From the human T2T-CHM13v2.0 reference genome, Homo sapiens, in NCBI RefSeq assembly GCF_009914755.1, contig NC_060927.1: a DNA stretch of 64,000 nt; one strand, written 5' to 3'. Shown one piece after another: positions 27,709 through 41,300 of the stretch. The notes below the pieces were generated by a model that worked only from the letters and a program-made list of their open reading frames with translations, ran no database searches and was not told the DNA's origin. Position 1 is the first letter of the stretch. Every line of letters starts with the position of its first letter. The translations under genes and the position numbers were made by a program.

Positions 27709-30700
27709 CTACCAGGGGAAAAAAAATCCAATCTAGTTTAAGCATAATATTCAAAACAGGCAAGTCTGATGTGACATATTCAAGTCAAAGAAGCTACTTT
27801 ATCACTTATGTTCATTTTTCAATTACAGGGTATCATCAGAGAAGCTGTTCTTATATCAAATACAAATGAAAACAATTTTCAATCTTTTGTTAAGACCCTT
27901 GATGGGATAAAAGAATTTTCATCCTCACAATTTTAAATGGCACAATAGGAAAAACTAGTAACCTGTCGAATAAAATAAAAAGATGTTGGATTTGTAAGAC
28001 AAAATGTACAAATTTATTCAAACCAAATCTATTAAAATATTAATATTTTGTTCCAATTTAAATTAAATGGGTAAAATATGATGCTACAATAATAAGCATG
28101 GTTGTTTTATATATTAAAGAAGTCTTTATAGAATGGTCAAACTTTTTGTCTCCTGTGAATATTATCTATAGTTGGAAAAATATCCAGTTTAATTCTGTAA
28201 AACTTAACTATCCTGTGAAATTATAGTTGAAGTTGTTAGGTTTTTCTTCCTACCAACAACTGAGAGCTAGAAATGAATGGAATGATTAGATGTAGATAAT
28301 GAGAGAACTTATTTTTAAGTCTTTGAAGTACATTATTTTTATGGTTTAAATTCCCTGGCTAAATAAAAGAGAATTAAAATGAGTAAAACCATCACCTAAT
28401 ATCAAAAACATTAAGCATTTCACTTATCCATAAGAGTAAATAAACCAAATAAAACAAACCCAAACAAATGGGCAAACATAAACAATGTTTTTCGTAACTG
28501 TTGCTACCAGAGTTTAATCTAACCCTGGCTGAAGCCAATGAAAAATGCCAAGGCAGAAATGCACAAACTCATCCTGATTCACTTTAGGACGACCAACTAG
28601 TTTGCAAGGCATTGGGAATACACACATGGATCCAAATCTTTTTGTTAATCATCATGAACCTCATGAGAAATCTGTTCGATTTAAAAAGGAAGGAAAAAAA
28701 AAAAACAAAAAAACTAAGTGACTGCAATTTTGCAGCACCTTCTATAGAGGGAGCAAGAGGCCTTTGGTATATTAAACAAACATGCCTGAATTAACATTCA
28801 TTTTTATTTCTTTTTATTAGTTAGAACAGAAACAATTTTAGGGGCTTTTCTTTGTGACCATTACAAGAAGGCATTTTGAAAAATCTAAAGATTTAAGTTT
28901 CAACCATATTATCTAAGTCATTAGATAGGACATTCAAAGATCAAAGAAAAACTAAGATTTTTCAAGTGTATGTTTATTGATACCTATCTTTGAAAAAAAT
29001 TTCAATACTGATCTTTAAATTCTTGTTGTTTGAGCAACTTTAGAATTCACATGAGCGTTACAGGGAGACAAAAGCACAGAGACAAAAGCATAGTGACAAA
29101 AGGTCCAGTGTCACTACCTACAGCACAAGCTAAGGGCCTTAATAATAATCTATTATTACACCTATTATGGTTTAACTTTGGAGGATTTACTTTCCAATTA
29201 AAGGAAGTTAAGTATATGGGCTGCAAAATGGTGATCTGATGGCACTGGAACTGGGAGAGACTTATAATATTACTTTTCCATAAATTCCTGTAAACACAGC
29301 CATCAATTTAGCTAAGTCAAGGACCAGAATGGGTTCTATTACCAAATGAAATGAGAAATATATACTGTACATCCTCTCTATGCCTAAGATACTTTCATTT
29401 ATAATGAATCCCTTTCTATGCAATTCAAGCATACACTATGTAAAAAGAAAACAGTATTTTTCACTAAACATTCAACAACTATTCAATATCAGAAATGTTC
29501 TAAGATCTGCCTGTTGCAGGTTCCCTCCAAAGATTTAAGTTTCCAAAGAAGCAGTTCATTATGAGTCAACAATGGACCATTTTTTAAATCACATATGTTG
29601 TGGCTAATTTGATATTTTACCTTCATTGATAGAGAATTTCTCGAGTAATTTCCCCCACTCTTTTGCTTTGCCACAAATCAGTAGATTATTTCAGAATGAA
29701 GTGAAAAGCAAAGCTCATCTAATACTTCATGGAATAATAAGGCTTATTGCTAAAACTTACTAGTATAAATTGTCAGCTTACACAGATTTTAGAGAATTAT
29801 ATCTAGAAGTGAAAAAATAGTTTTCAAGTGGTGTTTGTATCTAAATATGAAAAAAATACTTAGGTATTCCATTTATCACCATTTTAATAAAGTTCTAAAG
29901 ATTCAGATTTTATTTTTCTGCTTATGTTTTTTAATGAAAATGTTTAATATCAGTATAATAGTCTATTTGGATTAGAAATAAACCAAAAGAATAACATTCC
30001 AGTGTATTTTATTCAAGATTACATAGTTTTTATTAAAAATTAATCTTATCCAGTTCTGAAAAAAAAAACTGGTTTCTATCAAAAAAAATAACAGAAGAGG
30101 ATGGTACAAATGAGATAAAGAAGTTGTATATAAAATAGCAAAATAAAAAACTAGAGTCATGTAACTAATTATACCATCTGGAATTACATGTGGGGTTTTA
30201 TTTTCCTCTACAAACTCATTCAAAAAACAGGTTTAATTTTACTTACTACTAAATAACAGGTAAAATAATTAGATTTATATTTAGTCATTATCTATCCATG
30301 TATGTGACATTTGGCAGTAGAAAAAATTTCTATCTTATGGGGCATGGGACAATTTTCAGTCATTGACTAAACTTACGGGAAATTTTTAGGATACCAGAGG
30401 AATAAAGCTGAACAAATTGTATTTGGCTGACTCCACATTAAAGCCTACCATTACACTTATTACTGCAATCCCTTTATATTCTCATCCTACATTCCCGGAG
30501 TGTTCTGCACTGATGCTGTTATTACTGAGTTAATACACTGGTAATACATAGGGACATACACTCTCAAAGATGCATAGTCACCACCCCCCCCACAACCTGG
30601 ACATTTTATTAAATTCATTGTGTTAGTTATTTGAGCCTTCAGTGATAAATACATTCATCTTCTACATATGCACACTTGAAACAAACCAAGAAAGAAGTGA

Positions 30701-31179
30701 ATTTTCACACCAGCACAGGAGATAGTATCCAATGCTATGCTTAATTAGTAAGCTTGTTTTCTACATATAAGAATCTATCTTCCTTTAATAGTATCTGAAG
30801 GCAAGTAACGAAAAAATATCTTCTGTTAAAATAGAATCTTTAGAGCTTGCCCTATACATTACACCATATTTCTTATATTACATTATCCCAATCCTAACAG
30901 GGAAAAATGTCTAACTCAAATAAATAGTCCAGAGAAGAGACAAAACAAAATATAGCTACATTTGAAATGATTTTTGCACATGTGCCACATATAAATCATT
31001 TCCTCAAAACACTAAATTTTATCATATACATGCTAATTTTCAAGGGTCTTTCATGACATCAAAAAAAAGTCTGTGTGGTATACTATCAAGCTTTAAGATA
31101 AGCTTTACTTATAAGCATTTTCACTAACTTGTTTGTAAATCGGAGAAACAGATTTGAAGTTGCTTTGTACTTGTGTTCT

Positions 31180-31490
31180 ATCCAGCCTCTGTGCTCTTCA
31201 CACAGATAACCTCATGGTTTGCTCCCTTACTTCCTTCAAGTTTCTGTTCAAATATTAGCCTTTCAGAGAGGTCTTTCCTAATGACCTCATCTAAAGTATA
31301 AACCTCTCTATCATTATTTATCCTCTTCCCTGCTTATTTTTCCTCCTAGCACTTACCACTAGCTGACAATATACAATATAGTTATTTGTTTACTTTCTCT
31401 TCTCCCTAACTAGAGCTTAAATTCCAAAGAGGATAAAGGATTTTATCTTGTACAAACTGAACCTCTAGTCAGTAAAGCAACTGAATGAAA
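31180..31490. mobile_element. L2-like LINE fragment
   Basis: ttccttcaagtttctgttcaaatatt...tcagagaggtctttccta...cctagcacttaccacta resembles the L2 3' end. Confidence 0.6.
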
Positions 31491-32785
31491 ACAGGACAGT
31501 TAGGTGAAATTTGTATTCTCTGTTTATGGAACCAAAAATACAAGGACTTATCTCTTTAGAAAAATATATATTATAAGAATATATATTCATAAAAATAGAT
31601 AATACCACCTCCAACAACAAAAAAACCTTTCTTACAAAAATGCAAAACCAAGTAATATTGATTCATGGCTATTTGAAAGCCTAAGTTTAATATATCAAAA
31701 GTACAAAAGGTCCATCTCTAAAAGACAAGGCACACACACAAAAAAAATTCTTAAAAAAAAAAAAAGATATTCCTCAGCATTTCAGAACATTATCTTACCT
31801 GGAAGTAATTACTCCATTATTACTTGTAATAATGCCTCTGTTCATTTGCCAATCTATTGTGTGCCAAGTAAAATAAATATTTCCTTAACTATTCAGAGTA
31901 TCATTTAGTTTTAATTTTGAAAAATCAAATTATTTCAAAATAAATATAATTTAGTAAATAAATAATTTAAACTATAAAGTAAAAAGAATCCACATAGGAT
32001 TATTTTGTTCTCCCTCCAAAAAAATAATTACCCATGTTTCTAGGATTTACTTAAAATTTTATATTTATAGCTAAGTGTCAAAGATGTTAAGCAGAAACCA
32101 TTTAGAAAAAAACATTAATTTAGAAAAATTAAGTATATAGATACAAATAATTTCAGATTGCTTTTACAACAGTATGTTTTTTAAAAGTAAATTTCATACT
32201 CTTCTAGGTCTCAAGACAAATTACACAATAAAAGTCAAATAATTGCAAAGATACAGTTTAACAGGAAACACTATGACAGAGCAGCCTCTGACATCATGTA
32301 AATGGGAATCAGAGTAAACAATATCAAATATTTAACAATTCTATTTCAGTAAATATTTATAACAACATAGTATAAATGTAAGGTAAATGTTAGCTTTGAC
32401 ATTCTTGGATTTAACATTGGAGTTTTCAACATTTGTAAGAACTACAGAAGTGTATGTTTGGTAGGAATGCGTAATTTTGCTTTGGCCTGATTTTGAAACA
32501 TATACCAAGAGTCTAAGATGGAAATGAACTCTCGAACATCCGACATTCCTATTTCTGTGAGTGGCATTTTGCTAAGACCTCTGTTCTAAGACCATCCACA
32601 GCCAAGACTCTTGACTCACTGTTATTGTCAGGTTTGCCATCAGTATCCTTTAAAAAAACACACTGTATAGAACCTAAAAAGCTGAATCTCAAAAGGATTT
32701 TGGAGATAATTTAAGTTAAACTGATCCTCTCTTCTACCAGATGGGGAAAGGCCCAGAGAAGTTTTCCTGTTAAAAATAAGACAAA

Positions 32786-33133
<348 letters not shown>

Positions 33134-35739
33134 CTACTGTTCACATCAGCATTCCATGCTGGTTTTGTAATAAACACAATGCATAACTAAACAATTAAGA
33201 AAAATGCTTATGATAATGTTAAGAAAGGAGGGCATAAAATTATCTCTACCATATAATCTAAATAAGGTAAAAACAAGTTTAAATAAAAAATGTCAAAATG
33301 TTAAAACTCTGGACATTGATATTTAGCATATGCATATGCTTGTGCTTATGTATCTCACTTTTTTCTTTCTCTTATATACTTTGCATATTGTCTACAGTGA
33401 ACAACTGCTACCCACAGAGTCAGAAACAAAAATAAACTGGAGAGATAACTGTGCCATTAAAAGCTAGCATTTGTACTGCTAACTATGGCTGACTTGCAGC
33501 ATGCAAAATTGAAAACTAATTTGCTGGCAAGCATGCACTGTTAAAATATTTCTCTAGTTAAGTGAAACAATTGCACTGTTTCTGAGGGAAAAATCAAGAG
33601 TAAATAGGGAGAAAGTATGACTAATTTTAGATGCACTTACCAACTGAAGTATTAGAAAAAATACATTTTACTATCAATTTGTTATTCTTGCTTCATTTAC
33701 AGGAGAAGCAGGTATTTAATGTTAAATACAAATGAAGCACACTGCAACTTCCAGCTCGCTTGCCAATATGAATTTAATAAACAGAATGTGAACATTTAAT
33801 CTCTAATTAGCAAGATTTCATTTTCTAATGTTCTCTGAGTTATCAAAGGTAATTGAGCTTAGATGTTTTATTACATGCACATATATCCAGAGTTCATTTA
33901 GCACTAGAATATAATCATATGTTGTCACTGATTTAGAGCCTACTACCCAGAGTATGTATAATTGCTTCCAACTCCTATGCCTGCTAAATATCTCGCAGTT
34001 CCAAGAGAAGTTCCCACTGGAGAATGATCTAATTCGCTGAGTTTCCCACCGTCCCCTGAATGATGCCAAATTTCACACCCTTGTTTTTTCTCATATTCTG
34101 CCTTTCCCAATTGTGCCTGTACTTCATGAGTCATGAAATGCCCATCCCTCCATGACATCCTTCATTCACAAAGTCTATAACAGCCTCTCCTCCAAACTCA
34201 TTTGAAACTACTAAGTTAGCATTATAAATGTTAGTGCACACCATTCTCTAATGATTTCATATACATTAATGTTATTTTCTAAAGTAGACTGTAAATTTCT
34301 GGGGGGCTGGGATCTACCTTATTTTTCTTTTGCATTGATATGTATAGTGGGAGTTCAGTGAACTGCAGATGAAGGAATGAAGAAGCTCTAAGACTTTCTA
34401 TTGTAAATAAGGACCTCAGCAGATAAAATTTAAATCAATAAACCAAGCATCCACGTATTCTCTGTGTACTTACTTACTATATGCAAATCATTTACTTAGT
34501 ATATATCAAATACAGTAAGATGTTATGGGAGATAGAGAACACAAAGTTTTTGTCCTCAAAGTCTTGTAATCTTTTCAATTGGAGAGTCACATTAAAATTA
34601 GAAAACAGTATGGCAGAGTATATAATTAAATGAGTAGGAAATAAACTGCAGGAAGAGGAATGTAAATCAGTCTTAATCACTACAATTGAAGAAGTCACAG
34701 AACATTTCACAAAGAAATAGAGTCTGAGATATGGACCTTTAGGATAAAGATTAGGAAAAGGTGAAGCACAGGAGGAACAGCATAAAAATCTCACAAAGTC
34801 AGAAAAAACAATCCAGATATAATTACAGGGCAAGTATTAGGAATCACTGAAAAATATTTTAGTTGGGTAAAATTCTGTAGGATCTTACTGTTAGCAGAAG
34901 TGCATAGAGTTAATTTAATGGAAAAAGGGAAACAATGCTAGTTTTTGAGTGGGAAGGTGACCTGGGGAAGGCAGAAGTTAAATTAAATGAACTCAGTTAC
35001 AGTGAACAAAATATACTGGAGGAAAGGCAGACATCCTGACTTCATATAAAGAGCAGGAAAATTAGAATTGGGATATCCAGTTTATCCTGGTTTAACTTGG
35101 GAAGATATCAATGAGAGATATCTAGTGTGCCTCTGGGGCCCCATTTTTCAAATGAGATACCCAGTTATCTCATTTTACTAGCCGTAAACCCATTGATACT
35201 AACTCTCCGATCATAAGAGATTATCAGATAAAAGGCTCTTTCAGTTGTCCAGCTCTGAGGCAAAGCTAGAGCAATGGAGAAGATTAGAGGAATATGAAAA
35301 ACTCCAAAAGAATAATCAAAAGGACTTAGTAGCTGAATGGATGTGAGAAATGAGAAACCTGGTGGAACCAAAGATTATTTTATGATGTCAAACTGGGAAG
35401 CTGAGATAAAATGGGATACCTCTGAGGAGAAGAGGTAAATTTGAAGGGATACCTCATTGTGCTACTCTACCCTCTTTGATGCAAGGAATGCGTAGCTTTC
35501 TCTCCCTGTTGCTCTATGTAACCTCAAGAGTTTAGGTAAGTCTCACAGATGTTGTGGTTACCAGCAAAGTATAGGGAAGGATCTTAATTTATGGTAATTT
35601 AGTTTGTAAATACAGCTGGCTGTTTACTATCAATGACTTTCTATTCATCATGTAGTGTCTGTACTGAGAACCTCTCAAAACCACTCTTTACCATATCTTG
35701 ATGCATAGACAAGTGATCTCCAAATTCAACAAAACTCAC

Positions 35740-35834
35740 TTTATGCTAGGGAGGAGGGTGGTAACTGGAGGAGGAGGAGAAAGCCGGGGAGGAACATCAT
35801 ATTCTTCACTTCCAAGGTGACCATTGGAAAAGAC
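35740..35834 (-). CDS. CBLB: CBLB exon 13 (95 bp, phase 0-2), contains the YDVP motif (Y665)
   Basis: tttcag|GTC TTT TCC...ATA AA|gtgagt; [31 protein letters not shown](K). Confidence 0.98.
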
Positions 35835-38275
35835 CTGAAAGTAAATCAAATTGTTAGTTTCCAAGAATTTAACTTCTGAAGGACCTTAAAGCCATAGCTG
35901 CTCTACCATTCTGAAGACAATATGTAAGTTCAGTATATTTAAATAAGTGAAATGTCATACAATTTATTCAGGAGTCAGTAGCACCACACTGATGATTCAC
36001 CACTGCCCAAAGGGGTTCAAGCTTACACAAAAAATAAAAATGTTACACCATGATTCTTAAACACTGAGAGGGAATACTATAATTTATATACACCAGATAC
36101 AGATATTAATGGCTAAATAGGTAGACAGTAAAATTCACCAACTATGATCAGTTTTTATTGAAAAGTTAGCATTCTCTATAAGGGGTAAAGAAAAAAGCAG
36201 CACTGATGTTATTCTTTTTTTAATTCCTTCCAAATTAAAGTGCTCTAAATTATATTTCTCCATGGTGAACGGAACATTCTTAAACTTTCTGATGAAACAG
36301 TACATTAATATAATCAGAAGTGCCTTTGTTCTTTCATGGTTGAAGCTTCTGTGCTAATGATAACTAGAGACCTGTTCTGGCTTTCCAAGTGCAGGCAAAT
36401 TTAAACAAAATTTTCAGTTTGTGAACACACAAACCACAATTTCTAACTTGCTCATATGGGACCATCCAAAGCCAGTGTTCAATTACTCTGAATTAGGAGA
36501 TTCTGATGTCTAGATTTCTGTTACACTACAGGAAATGTCTGAAAAACTGTTCGTTTCTCCTACAATTTGAAATTACAGCAACTTAAAGGGGGGCGGTTAT
36601 GAGAGGATAATTTTGCAGAAACATATTCACAAGAAAAAATTGAACACATTTTAAGACCTATAAGCAATCATTAGATTTTTATCATGGAGTTATTTTGCAA
36701 ACTCTTATTAATTCATATTTAATAGGTAGACTGATGGTGGGGCTAAATACATGTAAAGTAATTTGAGCAGTGCTAGATAATTCAGTCAAGGACTTACCAA
36801 TTACTTTCCCCCATCATATTTCTAAAATGATGTGGAAGCTTTAGAATACAAAATTTAAAAGACCATACCCTTACCTATCAACTTAAAATAAGAAACAAGT
36901 TTAAAGAACATATTTGAAATGTATCAACGTTCGTATTTCAAAGCTACAAAATCAAATTTTATAGCTTTAAAGTTTCACTAGAGACTGGTCTTATGCTTTA
37001 GTACCAATTTCTCTTTTTTCATGTTTCCCTTCATTAGACTCAATATACTGTAGCCATACCATGACAAAATATTACCTTTAAATACAATGATTTTATCTGG
37101 GCTTTTGACTGTGGCCAAATAACAGAACAAGGCAAAGTGTTCTGAAGTGTGCCAGAAAGAAGAAATTTCCTAATAGATATTAATCATTTTGAAGTTTAAT
37201 AAAATCCTTTAACATAAAAAAAGGCCTTTTAACAGACAAACACACATATCAAACCACAAACGCTCATTGTGATATTGAGCATTGGAAGTCATTCTTCATT
37301 GGAATTCTTTGCATGCTGCAGGAATAGACACAATGTAAGATATCTGCAATCAAATTTCCTTAATTCATATTACAAATACATATAAAACTCATTTGGGAAA
37401 ATGTAATGTGGATTTTATATGCAATAGTTTGTTATTTTAGGACAAAGCATCCAACATAGATAGATGCTTAATAAAATTTCAGCAACAATAAAATAAAAGA
37501 CAGATATGGGAATAATAGTTTCAGCTGTATTGGCTCTAATTTAACAATAAACCAACTATGATTTTATAATCAGAACATTATGAACGTATCTTTAAAAAAT
37601 ACCAATACACTCAAACATTTACTGGTATTGAAATTGCTTTCATCTTGCACATTAGGTAAATGAGAATAAAATACTAATAACAGAGTTTGCATATTTTTAT
37701 GTACTACTATTAAATTTCATGAAGACAAGTCATACAGGCAATGATGTCTATCACTAGTAAAGCCACAAAGTACAATTAATGAGGTAACTTACTCTTGGAG
37801 GGCAATACCTAAGAAAATTAAGTGACTTATTCCTAATTTTTTGAAACAATCCATTAATCTGCTTTAAAATGCAAATGTCACTTTTTCTAACTGTTTCAGA
37901 AATACCATTTGTTACTGATGTATAGTAACTAAAGGATTTCTATGGCCACTGAAATGCTGTAGTGTCTTTTCTGAACCATTCATTTGATGTTTGGCATCTG
38001 ATAATATTTTGCTCATGTTCTGTGTACTTACGTTTTGTCAAGGAGAATTTAGGCCACACTGGGCCTCTTTCAGGACAAAAATTCTATTACTCCTTTACCA
38101 TTTTATAGCATATGCCTTACGGTGCTTTACACACAGTAAGGCTTAAATTAATATTGACTGCTGATTGGCTCAGATGCACTTATTAATGGAAGTATTAACT
38201 AGTGAAATCACTTTCCTTAGGTTTAGCTGAAAGAAATTCATTATTACTGAAATACTCTCAGCAAATATGTGTGAG

Positions 38276-38356
38276 TATATATATGTTATATATATACACA
38301 TACATATATATACATACATACATATATACACATACACACACACACACATATATATA
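38276..38356. repeat. (TA)/(TACA)/(CA) compound microsatellite
   Basis: Directly visible. Confidence 0.9.
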
Positions 38357-41300
38357 ATTTGCTTAATGGCTGTTATTCCTATAAACTGTTCATAAATATG
38401 TACTGAGAGTTGACAATACGCCTAATACAAAACTTGGAATAGAACTGTATAGTTCTTTCCTAATTAGTAGATTGAGATAGCAAAGGACCTAAATGCGCAG
38501 GTACTTTATAAAATGATGATCATGTTTCCGTTCATCTAAAATGGCTGTTCATATTTATTGACGGTGGCTAGAGGACAAGATTTAACATTATGTCATTCTG
38601 AATTTCATGTTCTCACCTGCAACCATTTCTTTACACCCAAAAATCATTTTAGCTGCCACTACCTGAGTGAGTACAATAAATCACAACTTTGGGGGCTAAA
38701 AATAAATACTTTATATATTTTCCAGATATCTGAAAAACCTGTTTGCAAATGGTAAAAAAGAACTATAGTTCCTCAAATGCACAGACTGATAGTATCAACT
38801 GAAGCAGTTCACACTGAAACCTCACTGAATCCTCAACTAAGAAACATTTTTTTGTCCTCTGCATTCTTAGCTCACTGTCTGAAATCTATCACAATTGCAT
38901 TGGAAATGCTACCAATTTAAATCTTCTAAATTCCCAATTCTGTTTCTAGCATTCCTCTGCCAGAAAAGAAAACTTTAAATATTCTTTCCTGCCTACCAAA
39001 TTATGATTACTTAATGTAGAATTCAAGACACTTCATAATTGGTTTTAACTTTCCTTGCCATGGTCTTACCTCACCTGCCTACTCTTTTTATGCTATAGGC
39101 TATCCAAAACTGACTACATTATTACTATACATATTCTCCCACCTCCATGCTATTTCTTTCTGTCATACCTACAAAAACAACAGCTGCCAATCTTTTAATG
39201 TTTATAGCCAGTGACCCTCTTGCATGAAGCTTTCTTTATTCCTTTTTCAGTCCTGCATCTTGGAATTTTTTTTCTTCTTGGGGATCCCACACATTTTCTG
39301 GATGCTTCTCATATGCCTTACCTCTTAATCACATGCCTGTCTCATCCTGACTAGCTTTTCTGTGCTTTATTCCTCTTTGTATTCCCCAGAGTGTCTTGAA
39401 CATCCTAGGTACTCATATAGCTGAATTAGGTAATGAGGTTGAAGAACTAAGAAAATAGTGGAAGTGTAGACTTGTGAAAGAAGTATAAACTGGCTTGTAT
39501 AATTTATTAGAAATCTAGGTTATCTTAGAGTAATATTTCTCTAAATGCCTCAAGGTATCATCTAATCCTAAAGTGTAAAATGTTTTCTTGTGATTCAGAT
39601 ATTGTTTAAAAACTGAAGATTAAAACATATGGGACCCTTGAGATACAGAGAAAACAATTTTGTGAAAATCTTAGCACAATTAAGAAAAACATCTTTTAAA
39701 AATCTTACAAAACACAAGCCTTTACCTTATCCTACACATGTAAACCCCTACACATGCTACCTCAAAAGTATCCCTATAATTTGTCCTTCAACGTCAGACT
39801 GTACATGAAACCAGCACACACAGAGGACTGATTTTCTGAAAGACAGCCCTTGAAATTTATAGATAACTTTAAGGTCATGAATGTAAACATGTGCCTCTCC
39901 ACCAAAAGTACAACAAGCCACAACTGCAAAAAGGGAAATCATTTGATATATTTATCTTGCAGCATCTTCAAAAGATTATCATGCAAAGGTCATCTTTAGG
40001 ACAATGTCACTGTAAGTAACATGACCAGTTAAAGATAGTTTTATCATATAAGAAACAGCAGTATTCTTACTGCCTCAAGAGAACAAATAATGACAGTTGG
40101 GTATAATGTTAATATCTAGAAATAAGTAGATACATTGCAAGTTTTTAGTCATATTTTAATATATTTTGGTGAATTATTTTGCTCAGATAATTAAAACAAA
40201 CCACCAACAACAATAAATATCTAGCCAACAAGATGTTTATTAAGGAACAGCTTTATAAGGTGACTAAAATCTGAGACTTTCAGAGAATGGAAACAATGCT
40301 ATAGGATAGAAATCTCTTACCATCAAAATCAGATAAATAAACAATAACTCTTAGCTTGTAGATCCACATTTAAAGTAAAGTATTACCTTGGCTAGCTTTT
40401 GATTATGCTAGGTAGGAGGGGAAGAGTAAAGGGAGTAAATGAATATCACAAAAACTTCTTAGACTTCATTTTAACTATGAGCTAGAATAATTTTTTCCTC
40501 AGAGCTCTCTACAATTACCAAATGGAGTAATTAGAGCTTAATTTATTTCCATTTCCCCTATCATTCATTGTTCTAGTGACAATGCAAACAGAAAAGGCAA
40601 ATGGTTCTTCTGGATGATGGGAACTGACATAATGACAGGACGAGTAATGAAGGGAAGCGAGTCCTCGCCCATTGACAGGGTATTGACTTTTATAAATTCC
40701 CTTGTGTTCCACATGTATAATTAGTTTTCACTTAAATTTTTAGTACTTATCTACATTTTCTTATCTCTAAAATGGGAAGATGCTACTAGATTTGAAGCTT
40801 TGCCGCTAATGAAAACTACTAAACCTAAGCGGCAGTTTTTACCATTTGACCAAAAAAAAAAAAAAAAAAAAAGCGCATTTGCTTATATTAGGGGCCTGAT
40901 AAATTATGTGAATAAAACAGCCTCCAAATACCTAAATCTCCCACTCTTTAATCCAATGATAAAGTAAGACAAAACAAAATGGCACTATTAGGTATGAAGG
41001 GTGAAAATACGTTAACATCTACTATTTTCATTAAAAATCTTAGTCTTTTTAAAAAATCAAAATATCTCCCCTTTCTCTTCACCCGCTCTCCTTTTCTTGT
41101 TGTATATGATCTACATGTTTAAAATGACTACTCTTCTGCAGAGGAACAAAAATCCTATTTTAAATAAGAAAACTATGCAAGATACATAAAAACCTGTCCC
41201 TTTGTAACTCCTTGCATATCACAGCCATCCTCTCCCTCCACCTTTTCTCTCCTGGCCTACACCTGCCCACACTCAAACCCAAGCACATATACTGCTTGTC

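Noticed and set aside
40798-40872. Short hairpin (tgccgct...agcggca) followed by a ~21-nt A run, a possible retroposed small RNA
   Set aside because: There is no target-site duplication and no recognisable RNA family.
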